A stretch of 64,000 bases of DNA from an uncultured Clostridia bacterium (GCA_934662505.1 CAKUKE010000008.1:1076-65075), one strand, 5' to 3'; numbered from the stretch's first letter, positions 51,386 to 62,229 are shown. Numbers and translations: made by a program. The notes: generated by a model from the sequence alone, not told the origin.

Positions 51386-52829
51386 CGGTTCGGGCGTTCA
51401 GCACCCGGATCCGTCCGGTTGGCTGGAAACCGGAGGCAATGTAAAGCCGCCGGGCAACCGCGTTGTCCTGCAAAACCGTGACCAGCGCGGGACGGGCAGG
51501 ATCCAGCCGGGCGGCTGCGACCGCCATGGCGGCGCGCCCCAGCCCCAGATGCTGAAAGGCGGGCAGCACGTACAGCTGGCACAATTCGTTTGCGGCAGGG
51601 TTCAGGTTCATCAGCCCGCATACTTCGCCGTGCAGGGACAGCGCGTACGATACGCCGCCGGATCGGAGATGGGCGCGAAGGGCGGCCTCCATATGGGCGG
51701 GGGTGTGCAGCGCCACAAAGGACGGGTCGCTGTGGCTGCGGTGGGCGGCCTGCCACGAAAGTGCCCAGGCGCGGGCAGCCGCCGGGAGATCGGTCACTGC
51801 GAGGGGGACGACCTGCGGGCAGAGCAGCGCCTCCGCCTGCTCCCGCGCGGCGCGGACGGCGGTGGGCATGGGCAATTCTGCCATTTCATCTGCCGTTACC
51901 CAGACGAAGCCCTCCGCCTGAAAGGGCGTGTCCACGGTGACGCGGCGCACCTCCATTTCCCAGATCAGGTGGGTGAACACGTGCCGGGCGCGGCACAGCG
52001 GCGTCCCTTCGCCGGGCAGCGGAAAGGGAAGTGATGCGCCTTTTTCCGCCATGGGATAAACCCAGAGATTTTTCAGCAGGTTTTCCGTGCGGCGGGTCAT
52101 CAATACCCGCCCCCGGCAGAAAATCAGATAGACGGTCTGCGCTACGGTGCGCGGCGGCGCCTTGCGGCTTTTAACGGGCAGAAGCTCCGCGTCGCCTGCC
52201 GCCTGCGCCTGACAGAACCCTCGGATGGGGCAGCGCCCGCAGGCAGGCGTGCCGGGCGTGCAGACCGTAGCGCCCAGATCCATCAGCGCCTGATTGAACT
52301 CACCGTTCCGCACGCCGGGCATGCACCCCAGCGCCAGCTCGTACAGCCGCCGCCGGACGGAGGGCGCGTCCACATTTTCCCGTACGCCGAACACCCGGGC
52401 AAACACCCGGGTCAGATTGCCGTCCATGGCGGGGACGGGCGCGTCGAAAGCGATGGAAGCCACCGCCGCCGCCGTGTAGGGGCCGATGCCCGGCAGGGTC
52501 GCCAGCGTTTCGGGCGACGAGGGGAAAACGCCTCCGAAGCGGCTGCACACTTCCCGGGCGCAGGCATGAAGGTTGCGTGCGCGGGAATAATAACCCAGCC
52601 CTTCCCACAATTTCATCACATCTTCCTCATCGGCGTCGGCCAGCGCCTGCACCGTGGGAAAACGGGTCATGAAGCGCCGGAAATAGTCTTCGACCGTTTC
52701 CGTTCGGGTCTGCTGCAGCATGATCTCGCTGACCCACACCCGGTAGGGGTCGCGGGTGCCGCGAAAAGCAAAGCGGCGCTTTTCCCGGTCATACCAGTCA
52801 AGCAGCGTCTGCGCCAGCGTCATGTCCAT
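51339..52829 (-). CDS. mutY: fusion protein: A/G-specific adenine DNA glycosylase MutY + C-terminal GNAT acetyltransferase domain
   Basis: 496 aa. The HhH-GPD region (...VSEIMLQQTRTETV...LPGIGPYTAAAV...), the 4Fe-4S loop CTPGTPACGRCPIRGFC and the NUDIX-like domain run to ~aa 345. A GNAT motif A (QLYVLPAFQHLGLGRAAM) and ...NAVARRLYIASGF follow. Confidence 0.85.
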   Translation of the reverse strand: MDMTLAQTLLDWYDREKRRFAFRGTRDPYRVWVSEIMLQQTRTETVEDYFRRFMTRFPTVQALADADEEDVMKLWEGLGYYSRARNLHACAREVCSRFGGVFPSSPETLATLPGIGPYTAAAVASIAFDAPVPAMDGNLTRVFARVFGVRENVDAPSVRRRLYELALGCMPGVRNGEFNQALMDLGATVCTPGTPACGRCPIRGFCQAQAAGDAELLPVKSRKAPPRTVAQTVYLIFCRGRVLMTRRTENLLKNLWVYPMAEKGASLPFPLPGEGTPLCRARHVFTHLIWEMEVRRVTVDTPFQAEGFVWVTADEMAELPMPTAVRAAREQAEALLCPQVVPLAVTDLPAAARAWALSWQAAHRSHSDPSFVALHTPAHMEAALRAHLRSGGVSYALSLHGEVCGLMNLNPAANELCQLYVLPAFQHLGLGRAAMAVAAARLDPARPALVTVLQDNAVARRLYIASGFQPTGRIRVLNARTGLAEEDLVRPPQNTP

Positions 52830-53040
52830 CCTCCCCTTTCCCGGTCAGTATAGCATATTTTCGGCAGGAAGGAAAGAAAAAGGGAAGGACGGCCCGGAGA
52901 AAAGGAAACGGTCAAAAATGAAAACAGATGAAATTATGTAAAAACAAAAGAAAATCAAAGAAAACATGAGTTCTGAAGGCAATAAACGGAATGTAACCGA
53001 AAATTCACATATAATTCACGGAATTTCAAGAATTTTCCAG

Positions 53041-53069
53041 TTGTGGAAAAAACCTAATTGTTATATACT
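53041..53069 (+). promoter_or_regulatory. groESL promoter
   Basis: TTGTGG (53041-46), 17 nt spacer, TATACT (53064-69), immediately upstream of CIRCE. Confidence 0.55.
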
Positions 53070-53082
53070 ATGCAAGGAAGAG

Positions 53083-53109
53083 TTAGCACTCATATGATAT
53101 GAGTGCTAA
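53083..53109. promoter_or_regulatory. CIRCE element (HrcA operator)
   Basis: TTAGCACTC-atatgatat-GAGTGCTAA is a perfect match to the CIRCE inverted repeat with a 9-nt spacer, 38 nt upstream of groES. Confidence 0.95.
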
Positions 53110-53128
53110 GAAAATCCCTTCAGCGTGA

Positions 53129-53431
<303 letters not shown>

Positions 53432-53450
53432 GCGCAGGCTTGCAGGTTGA

Positions 53451-55097
<1,647 letters not shown>

Positions 55098-55200
55098 GAA
55101 ATACCCCCAAACCTTGAAATGCCTGCGCTTTTGAAGACGCAAAAACGGGTTTTTACCAGATTTGTGCTCAAAGCTCAGGCGTCTGACAGAATAAACAAAA

Positions 55201-55235
55201 TCGGAACCTGCCCGCAAGGGCGGGTTCCGATTTTT
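55201..55235 (+). terminator. groESL intrinsic terminator
   Basis: 13-bp stem tcggaacctgccc/gggcgggttccga with a GCAA loop, then TTTTT. Confidence 0.85.
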
Positions 55236-55303
55236 AGGTCATCCGGCAGTGGGGTGATCGCGCAGGGGATCATGAGACAAAACGAGAATTCTTCAAAAAA
55301 CAT

Positions 55304-55392
55304 TTGAATTTTCCGCGAAAATCTGATAGAATGACTGTACAACGTGTGGCGTTTCTGCGTAAATCCGGTTGCAGAAACGCCGCACGTTTTTT
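55304..55392 (+). ncRNA. orphan promoter-terminator unit (candidate ~55-nt small RNA or leader element)
   Basis: TTGAAT (55304-09), 17 nt spacer, TAGAAT (55327-32). About 10 nt later comes a 15-bp stem (55344-58 / 55371-85, one G-U) with a 12-nt loop, then GTTTTTT. Confidence 0.3.
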
Positions 55393-55418
55393 GGCGGAAT
55401 GGGGGTGAAAACGGAAAC

Positions 55419-55466
55419 ATGAAGCATGAAAACTCCACAGGGAAATCGTGCGGCAGTTATGCGTAA
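55419..55466 (+). CDS. candidate 15-codon leader peptide (MKHENSTGKSCGSYA) upstream of the MATE gene
   Basis: ATG at 55419 with GGGGGTG ~11 nt upstream. Its TAA stop (55464-66) lies inside the 5' arm of the following terminator hairpin. No homology evidence. Confidence 0.25.
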   Translation: MKHENSTGKSCGSYA

Positions 55467-55497
55467 GTCCAGATTTGCGGGGCTTGCGCATTTTTTT
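55459..55497 (+). terminator. terminator-like hairpin in the MATE leader (candidate attenuator)
   Basis: 9-bp stem atgcgtaag/cttgcgcat (one G-U) with a 15-nt loop, followed by TTTTTT (55492-97). Lies 10 nt before the likely MATE start. Confidence 0.5.
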
Positions 55498-55507
55498 GAA
55501 AGAAAGG

Positions 55508-56923
55508 GTGGTTTTTACGGATAACGGACATCAGTTTCTGGGGACGGAGGGCGTCGGAAAGCTCATGCGGCAGTACGCTGTTCCCTGCATCATTTCGCTG
55601 CTGGTGGGCGCACTGTACAACATCGTCGATCAGATTTTCATCGCCAACGCCAGTTACCTCGGTTCCTACGGCAACGCGGCCAACACCGTGGTTTTTCCCC
55701 TGACCGTCGTGGCGCTGGCCATCGCCGTCATGGTGGGGGACGGGTGCTGCGCCTTTGTCAGCATGGCGCTGGGTCGACATGAAACGGACAGCGCCAGGCG
55801 CAGCGTCGGCAACGCCGTGGTGATGGTGACGGCGGGCAGCCTTGTGCTGACGGCGGTATACCTCGTTTTTGCGGACGGCATCATCGCCATGTTCGGCGGC
55901 ACCGTCAACGAAGAAACATTCCATCACTCTCAGGAGTATTTCTTCTATATCACGCTGGGGATTCCGTTCTATATGTTCGGACAGGCCATGAACCCCATCA
56001 TCCGTGCGGATGGAAACCCTAAATTCGCCATGATCTCCACGCTGGCAGGTGCTGCGATCAACATCATTCTTGATCCCATCTTCATCTTTATTTTTCCATG
56101 GGGCATGATGGGCGCGGCGGTGGCCACGGTCATCGGGCAGGCGGCGACCGCCGCGCTTGCCGTGTGGTATCTGCTGCATATGAAAACGGTCAGACCGGCG
56201 GCCGGCGACTATGCCCTGCGACGGCGCGTCTGCGGGCGGACGCTGACGCTGGGCATTACCAGCTTCCTTTCCCAGATCAGCCTTGTGGCGGCCATGGCGG
56301 CCATCAACAATATGCTTCGCAAGTACGGCGCGCTGGACGCTGTTTTCGGGCAGGCACAGTATGCCCAGATCCCCATGGCCGTGGTGGGCATCGTGATGAA
56401 GTTCTTTCAGATCGTCATTTCCATCGTGGTCGGCATGGCGGCGGGCTGCATTCCCGTTGTGGGCTATAACATGGGTGCGGAAAAGAAGGGACGCGTCCGG
56501 GAACTGTTCATCAGGCTGCTGACCGCCGAGGCGCTGGTGGGCGCGGCGGCGCTGGCGCTGGCAGAGGGCTTCCCCCGGCAGCTCATCGCCATTTTCGGCG
56601 CAGCCAATGAGAGCGCCTATTATACCGAATTCGCGGTCAGGGCGTTCCGTATCTATCTGTGCATGATGGTGCCGGCCTGCGTCAACAAGGCGTGCTTTAT
56701 CTTCTTGCAGGCGGTGGGCAGGGCGCTGCCCTCCACGCTTTTGTCCATGCTTCGGGAAGTGGTGTTCGGCGTGGGCTTCGCCCTGCTGCTGCCGGTGTTT
56801 TTCCGACTGGACGGGGTGCTGTATTCCATGCCGGTGTCGGACGTGCTGACCTTTGTCATTTCGGCGGTAATTATCGTAAGGACCTGCCGGGAGCTGAAAC
56901 ATGAAACGGCGCTGAGCGCCTGA
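55508..56923 (+). CDS. MATE family efflux transporter
   Basis: About 471 aa with the typical N-terminus ...NGHQFLGTEGVGKLMRQYAVPCIISLLVGALYNIVDQIFIAN.... The start is uncertain: GTG 55508 or TTG 55496. The listed start 55448 would put the terminator hairpin inside the CDS. Confidence 0.85.
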   Translation: MVFTDNGHQFLGTEGVGKLMRQYAVPCIISLLVGALYNIVDQIFIANASYLGSYGNAANTVVFPLTVVALAIAVMVGDGCCAFVSMALGRHETDSARRSVGNAVVMVTAGSLVLTAVYLVFADGIIAMFGGTVNEETFHHSQEYFFYITLGIPFYMFGQAMNPIIRADGNPKFAMISTLAGAAINIILDPIFIFIFPWGMMGAAVATVIGQAATAALAVWYLLHMKTVRPAAGDYALRRRVCGRTLTLGITSFLSQISLVAAMAAINNMLRKYGALDAVFGQAQYAQIPMAVVGIVMKFFQIVISIVVGMAAGCIPVVGYNMGAEKKGRVRELFIRLLTAEALVGAAALALAEGFPRQLIAIFGAANESAYYTEFAVRAFRIYLCMMVPACVNKACFIFLQAVGRALPSTLLSMLREVVFGVGFALLLPVFFRLDGVLYSMPVSDVLTFVISAVIIVRTCRELKHETALSA

Positions 56924-57097
56924 AAATGCCGTATATCCTGCCGCCGTACTGACCGGCAGGGTATGGGGCGGCTGTGAAAAAGGCGGGGCGCGCTGCGTGA
57001 GGGGAAGAACTGGGAAAACGGCGGGAGAAACGGCTTTGCGCCGGACAGGACGCGGGGACGGAAGGATACGCGCCCCGCAGTTTTTTGCCTGTGGGCG

Positions 57098-57126
57098 TTG
57101 ACAAACGCAGGCTGCGCCGATATAAT
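57098..57126 (+). promoter_or_regulatory. consensus sigma-A promoter of the hisS-aspS leader
   Basis: TTGACA (57098-103), 17 nt spacer, TATAAT (57121-26). Confidence 0.8.
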
Positions 57127-57360
57127 AATGCCATTCAGGCGATGAAGGGAAAACCGTCCGCGGGTACGCCCCCAGAGAGCGCGGTCACAGGCTGCAAGCC
57201 GCGCGGCGGAAGACGGACGCAGACATCCCGGAGCCTCCCGCGCAGGCGGGCGTATTCCGCGTTAAGGAGAAAAGAGCGGCGCGCTTTCGGGCGCGCAAGC
57301 AGGGTGGCACCGCGAAGACAAACCTTCGTCCCATGCGCAGGCATGGGGCGATTTTATTTT
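57127..57360 (+). promoter_or_regulatory. T-box riboswitch leader of hisS-aspS
   Basis: Carries a GCGAUGA K-turn and an AGAGAG bulge. The specifier region is GCA-GAC-A-UCCC (GAC 57222-24). The T-box sequence is AGGGUGGCACCGCG (57301-14), and the terminator stem cgtcccatgc/gcatggggcg is followed by AUUUUAUUUU. Confidence 0.88.
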
Positions 57361-57383
57361 ACCGCATGAAAGGACGATGAAAC

Positions 57384-58643
57384 ATGGAATTGCAGGCCCC
57401 CAAGGGTACCCGGGATATGCTGCCGCAGGACGCGTATCTCTGGCAGTATGTGGAGGATAAAATGCGCCGCCTGGCCGCGCTGTGGGGCTACAGGGAAGTG
57501 CGCACCCCCGTGTTTGAACACACGGAGGTGTTCCTGCGGGGCGTGGGCGACACCACTGACATTGTGCAGAAGGAAATGTACACCTTCAAGGACAAGGGAG
57601 ACCGCTCCATCACCCTTAAGCCCGAGGGTACGGCGGGTGCGGTGCGCGCCTTCATTGAAAACCGGCTGTACACTGACGCGCTGCCCTGCAAAATGTACTA
57701 CCTGAACGCCCCCATTTTCCGCTATGAAAATCCTCAGGCCGGACGGCTGCGGGAGCATCATCAGTTCGGCATGGAGTGCTTCGGCGGCAGGGAACCCACC
57801 GTGGAGGCGGAGCTGATCGGCGCGCTGATGACGCTGCTGGGCGAGCTGGGGCTGAAAAACCTGTCCGTCCATATCAATTCCATCGGCTGTCCAACATGCC
57901 GCCCCCGCTATCACGCGGCGCTGAAAGCGTATCTGGGCGACCGGCTGCATGAAATGTGCGGCAACTGCCAGCAGCGTTTTGAAAAAAATCCGCTGCGCAT
58001 TCTGGATTGCAAGGAAGAAAAATGCAAGCGCATCGTGGCGGACGCGCCCAGCATCCTGGACTGCCTGTGCGACGACTGCCGGGCGCATTTTGAACGGCTG
58101 CAGGCGCTGCTCACCAGCCGGAATATTCCCTTTGCGGTGGATCCTCACATCGTCCGGGGGCTGGACTACTATACCAAGACGGTGTTTGAGATCATCATGC
58201 AGTCGGGACGGGAAGGGCTCGCGCTGTGCGGCGGCGGACGCTACGACGGTCTGGTGGAGGAGCTGGGCGGCCCCGCCACGCCGGCGGCCGGTTTTGGCAT
58301 CGGGCTGGAACGGGTGCTGATGGAGCTGAAAAACGCCGGGCTGGAGCCGCCGGCGCCGCGGGTAACGGACGTGTTTGTGGCGGCGCTCTCCGACGGGGAT
58401 CGGCAGGAGGCCTTTGACCTGACGCAGGAGATGCGTCTGGCCGGGATCTGTGCGGACTGCGATCACGTGGGGCGCTCCCTCAAGGCGCAGTTCAAGTACG
58501 CGGGCAAAACGGCCGGGTACGTGGTGATGGTCGGCGGCGAGGAGGGCGCGCGGGGTCATGTGAAGGTGCGCGACCTGACGACGCGGGAGGAAACGGAAGT
58601 AGACAGGGACAAGGCATGCGACACGCTGAAAAACATGCTGTAA
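57384..58643 (+). CDS. hisS: histidine--tRNA ligase
   Basis: 419 aa starting MELQAPKGTRDMLPQDAYLWQYVEDKMRRLAALWGYREVRTPVFE..., with class II motifs and a C-terminal anticodon-binding domain. Confidence 0.96.
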   Translation: MELQAPKGTRDMLPQDAYLWQYVEDKMRRLAALWGYREVRTPVFEHTEVFLRGVGDTTDIVQKEMYTFKDKGDRSITLKPEGTAGAVRAFIENRLYTDALPCKMYYLNAPIFRYENPQAGRLREHHQFGMECFGGREPTVEAELIGALMTLLGELGLKNLSVHINSIGCPTCRPRYHAALKAYLGDRLHEMCGNCQQRFEKNPLRILDCKEEKCKRIVADAPSILDCLCDDCRAHFERLQALLTSRNIPFAVDPHIVRGLDYYTKTVFEIIMQSGREGLALCGGGRYDGLVEELGGPATPAAGFGIGLERVLMELKNAGLEPPAPRVTDVFVAALSDGDRQEAFDLTQEMRLAGICADCDHVGRSLKAQFKYAGKTAGYVVMVGGEEGARGHVKVRDLTTREETEVDRDKACDTLKNML

Positions 58644-58680
58644 CAACCGTACGGCACAGGATAAACGGGAGGATGAAAAC

Positions 58681-59970
58681 ATGGAGAGAAGTTTGATCGG
58701 CGAACTGAAGATCGGTCAGGTGAACCGGGTGCAGGGCTTTGTGGAGAACATCCGCAACAAGCGCACCATGGCGTTTCTGGTGCTGCGGGACTATTCCGGG
58801 CGGCTGCAGTTGACCGTGGAAAAGGAAAAGTATCCTGAACTGGCCGAGGTGGTGGACAAGCTGACGGTGGAAAGCGTCATTACCGCCGAGGGAATGGTGG
58901 TGGAAAACAGCTTCGTCAAGATGGGCGGCGTGGAAATGCTGCCCGAAAAGATGACCGTCGAATCGGTGGCCGAGCCCCTGCCCATCACCAAGGACGCGGC
59001 AATCGACAGCCGTCTGGACTATCGCTGGCTGGATCTGCGCAGCGACCGCAACACCCTGATCTTCAAGGCGCAGACCGTGCTGGTGGCCGCCATGCGCCAG
59101 TATCTGCTGGATCGGAAATTCCTGGAGATCCACACCCCCAAGCTGATTGCGACCGCCAGTGAAAGCGGCGCGGACGTGTTTGAACTGAAGTACTTTGACC
59201 GCAAGGCCTATCTGGCGCAGAGTCCCCAGTTCTACAAGCAGATGGCCATGGCTGCGGGCTTTGACCGTATTTTCGAGGTGGGCCCCGTCTTCCGCGCGGA
59301 AAAGAGCTACACCAACAAGCATGCCACCGAGTTCACCGGCTTTGACGTGGAGTTCAGCTACATCACTTCTTTCCGGGACGTGATGCATCTGGAGGCCGAA
59401 ATGCTGCAGGCCGCGCTGGCCGCCGTGAAGGAAAAGTACGGCGAGCAGATCAAGGCGCTCTACGGTCTGGAGACCGTGGTGCCCACCCTGCCCTTCCCCG
59501 AAATGAAGCTGGCGGACGTGTATAAGGAGCTGGAAGAACGCTACGGCTACACCTGCCCCGAATCCGAGAAAAACGACCTGACCACCGACGCCGAGCACCT
59601 GTGTGCCCGTCTGCCCATGGACAAATTCGGCCATGAATTCCTGTTTGTGACGGACTACGGTCCTGAAAAGCGGGCGTTCTATCACATGCGGGACGAGCAC
59701 GGCATGCCGATGGGCTACGATCTGATCTGGCGCGGCACGGAGATCACCACCGGCGCGCAGCGCGAGCACCGTTATGAGCAGCTCAAGGCGCAGGCCGAGG
59801 AAAAGGGTCTGGGCGAGGACGTGAAGTTCTACATGGAATTCTTCCGTTACGGCTGCCCGCCTCACGGCGGATTTGGTCTGGGCGTGGATCGGCTGACTAT
59901 GCTGCTGCTGGGCATCCCGATCAAGGAGGTCATGTTCCTCTTCCGCGGTCCCAACCGTCTCACGCCGTGA
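58681..59970 (+). CDS. aspS: aspartate--tRNA ligase, archaeal/eukaryotic type (type 2, ~430 aa; possibly non-discriminating)
   Basis: 429 aa with an OB-fold N-terminus, ...LAQSPQFYKQMAMAAGFDRIFEVGPVFRAEKSYTNKHATEF... and C-terminal ...FRGPNRLTP. It lacks the bacterial GAD insertion. It is not AsnRS-like (no SGQLY or RLLNRLYP). Confidence 0.85.
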   Translation: MERSLIGELKIGQVNRVQGFVENIRNKRTMAFLVLRDYSGRLQLTVEKEKYPELAEVVDKLTVESVITAEGMVVENSFVKMGGVEMLPEKMTVESVAEPLPITKDAAIDSRLDYRWLDLRSDRNTLIFKAQTVLVAAMRQYLLDRKFLEIHTPKLIATASESGADVFELKYFDRKAYLAQSPQFYKQMAMAAGFDRIFEVGPVFRAEKSYTNKHATEFTGFDVEFSYITSFRDVMHLEAEMLQAALAAVKEKYGEQIKALYGLETVVPTLPFPEMKLADVYKELEERYGYTCPESEKNDLTTDAEHLCARLPMDKFGHEFLFVTDYGPEKRAFYHMRDEHGMPMGYDLIWRGTEITTGAQREHRYEQLKAQAEEKGLGEDVKFYMEFFRYGCPPHGGFGLGVDRLTMLLLGIPIKEVMFLFRGPNRLTP

Positions 59971-60073
59971 CCGGCGCAGATGCAACCGTCAGGCGGCGGC
60001 TGTGTGCGCCGGAGAACCGTCTGTAAAAACGGGACGCGCCGGAGGGCGGCGGATCCGCAGCTTTCCTTCGTGC

Positions 60074-60108
60074 CGGCCGGCGGGTATTCCCGCCGGCCGC
60101 TGCTTTTT
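60074..60108 (+). terminator. hisS-aspS intrinsic terminator
   Basis: 11-bp GC stem cggccggcggg/cccgccggccg with a TATT loop, followed by ctgcTTTTT. Confidence 0.7.
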
Positions 60109-60203
60109 GAGCGGTTGCATTTCCGCCGTTTTTCGCCTGTTGCCAAACGGGGCATAATCTGCTATACTATTTACTGGAGACCTTTAAAGGAGGTGCATTT
60201 TCA

Positions 60204-60902
60204 GTGCCGCAGAAAAAGGAAGAACTTCCCATGAATGTGGATGTGGATTTGCAGAACGGCGGAACCATTACCTATGCCAACGAGGTGATCGCCATCATCG
60301 CGGGCGTGGCCGCCAACGAGGTGGAAGGCATCGCCGGCATGTGCGTCAGCAACGGTTTCGGCGACATCATCGGCCGCAATCGGAATGTGACCCGGGGCGT
60401 CAAGGTGGAGATCGGCAGCGAAGAAGCGTCGGTCGACCTGTATATTATTGTGGAATATGGCCAGCCCATCCAGAAGGTATCCCGCGAAGTGCAGGAGAAT
60501 GTGCGCAAGGCCATTGAAAGCATGACCGGGCTGCATGTGGTGCGGGTGGACGTGCATGTGCAGGGCGTCAGCTTCGAAAAGGAAAAAAAAGAAATGCAAA
60601 GCAGCCTGGCTGCGGCCAGCAAGCCAGTGCTGACTGCGCCGGAAGCGCCCGCCCGGGAGGAAAAAAAGCCGGAGCCGGCGCCTGCCGTGTCTCAGAAGGC
60701 GGAGGCGGCCGCAGCGCCTGACACGCAGGATAAGAAGGACGGCGCGGCGATGGAAGAAAAAATTCAGGCCACGCTGGACGCCGAGCTGGCGGACGAGGGC
60801 GTGACCACGGACGAGGAAGCGCTGGCCGACGAGCGGGCGTACGCCGATGAGGAGACCCTGGCCGAGCAGGACGCGCTGGACACGGACGGGAAAAAACAGT
60901 GA
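60204..60902 (+). CDS. Asp23/Gls24 family envelope stress protein with a long acidic C-terminal tail
   Basis: The Asp23 core is ...ITYANEVIAIIAGVAANEVEGIAGM...VDLYIIVEYGQPIQKVSREVQENVRKAIESMTG.... The start is either GTG 60204 (AAGGAGG ~10 nt upstream) or ATG 60231. Confidence 0.88.
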   Translation: MPQKKEELPMNVDVDLQNGGTITYANEVIAIIAGVAANEVEGIAGMCVSNGFGDIIGRNRNVTRGVKVEIGSEEASVDLYIIVEYGQPIQKVSREVQENVRKAIESMTGLHVVRVDVHVQGVSFEKEKKEMQSSLAAASKPVLTAPEAPAREEKKPEPAPAVSQKAEAAAAPDTQDKKDGAAMEEKIQATLDAELADEGVTTDEEALADERAYADEETLAEQDALDTDGKKQ

Positions 60903-60975
60903 CCCGGGAGCAGCGTTTCAGGCTGCTTGCGGCTGCAGAAGGCCGCACGGGTCATGCCGGAAGGACGGTCAAAAA

Positions 60976-61818
60976 ATGAAAGTAAAGTTTTTCAGCCGGG
61001 TGGCGCTGGGCGTGTGCGGTCTTTGGGCCGCGCTGCTGGGCGCATGCGTGGCGCTGGGCGGCATCGGCATTCTGCCGGTGCAGGTATCCGGTCTGACGGA
61101 GACGGCGCCGGTGTTTCTGGGGCTGTCCGTGGGGCAGTGGATCGTGGTGGGCGTCGGTGCCGTATCGGCGGCGCTGGGCGTGTATACCCTCCTGTTTCCC
61201 CGTAAGCTGCGCACCCGCCGCAAGGCGTTTGTGACCCAGAAAACGGAAAGCGGCGAACTGCGCATTTCCGTGCGGGCCATCGAAAATCTGGTGCAGCGGT
61301 GCGTCGATATGCACGAGGAGATCCGTCTGGTGGATATGGACATCGTTTCTGCGCGGCACGGGGTGGATGTGGACATGCGTATTTCGCTGGCCAGCAACGT
61401 CAGCATCCCGCTGGCGGTGGCGTCCCTGCAAAAGCAGATCCGCCAGTACCTGCTGGCGTCCTCGGGCATTGAGGTGAGCGACGTATCCGTTACGGTGGAG
61501 ACCACCGCCAACGGCGAAGCGCGCAGGGATACGCCCTACGCCGTGCCGGAGGAGGGCGTCGCGATGGCCGAGCCGCCCAGAAAAGAAAAAAAGGCTCTGC
61601 ACCAGCGGCTGTTCGGCCATGTAGAACAGCCTGCGACGGTGCCGGACGCGCCTGTGCCGGAAGAAGCGCATGCCGAAGAAACGGCGGAAGCTGCGGAAGC
61701 GGAAACGTGCGCAGCTGAAGCGGCGGAACCGTCCGCTGAGCGTGAAGCGTCTGCCGAAACGGAAGAAACGACGGCGGAAGAACCGTCGTCAGAGATGGGA
61801 GAAGATCGTCATGACTGA
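60976..61818 (+). CDS. alkaline shock response membrane anchor protein AmaP-like
   Basis: 280 aa from ATG 60976. Two N-terminal TM segments, then ...GELRISVRAIENLVQRCV.... Positioned after asp23 as in other Firmicutes. Confidence 0.75.
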   Translation: MKVKFFSRVALGVCGLWAALLGACVALGGIGILPVQVSGLTETAPVFLGLSVGQWIVVGVGAVSAALGVYTLLFPRKLRTRRKAFVTQKTESGELRISVRAIENLVQRCVDMHEEIRLVDMDIVSARHGVDVDMRISLASNVSIPLAVASLQKQIRQYLLASSGIEVSDVSVTVETTANGEARRDTPYAVPEEGVAMAEPPRKEKKALHQRLFGHVEQPATVPDAPVPEEAHAEETAEAAEAETCAAEAAEPSAEREASAETEETTAEEPSSEMGEDRHD

Positions 61819-62176
61819 CAGGCAAAAAGCGTTTTTGAAGAAAATGACCAAAGTGGGCACCCCCGAGTGCGCCATTTTCTGCGGCGCAGCGGCGCTGGTT
61901 TTTATGCTGCTGGTGTTTGCCTTCGGCTTCTGGCAGACGCTCCTGCTGGCGCTCATTGTGGCGCTGGGCGCGTTTGTCGGCGGCGTGCAGGATAAAAAGG
62001 CCTGGCTGCGGAACACGGTGAACAAGCTCTTTCCGCCCAAGAACGATAAGCCCTATAAGGCGGAGGACGCCCGGGTGAACCGGCAGTCCCGTCCGGACGA
62101 AGCGGCTGCGGGACAGGAAAGCGCTGCGTCTGCGGAAACAACGGAAGGAACCCCTGCGGAACACACGGAAGAATAA
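61811..62176 (+). CDS. DUF2273-like small membrane protein
   Basis: 121 aa from ATG 61811 (overlaps the amaP stop by 8 nt). Two TM segments and an acidic tail. Conserved asp23-amaP-DUF2273 gene order. Confidence 0.7.
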   Translation: MTDRQKAFLKKMTKVGTPECAIFCGAAALVFMLLVFAFGFWQTLLLALIVALGAFVGGVQDKKAWLRNTVNKLFPPKNDKPYKAEDARVNRQSRPDEAAAGQESAASAETTEGTPAEHTEE

Positions 62177-62229
62177 CCGACGCGCCCGCCTGCACGGCGG
62201 GCGCCGCCGGGTGTAAGGACGGAGAAAAC

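Noticed and set aside
47274-51756. Long minus-strand ORFs 47274..49976 (900 aa) and 49681..51756 (691 aa)
   Set aside because: Shadows of gyrA and the MATE gene. Arg/His/Gly/Pro-rich composition with no domains. The same holds for 53388..55217 (opposite groEL), 55457..56902 (opposite MATE), 35053..36219, 36204..37448 and 57354..58682/58492..59985.
60600-62176. Acidic Ala/Glu/Pro/Thr-rich C-terminal tails on three consecutive proteins (Asp23, AmaP, DUF2273), and also on MazF
   Set aside because: This is probably a lineage-wide compositional habit of disordered tails. I see no repeat structure or motif linking them, so I did not score it as a finding.
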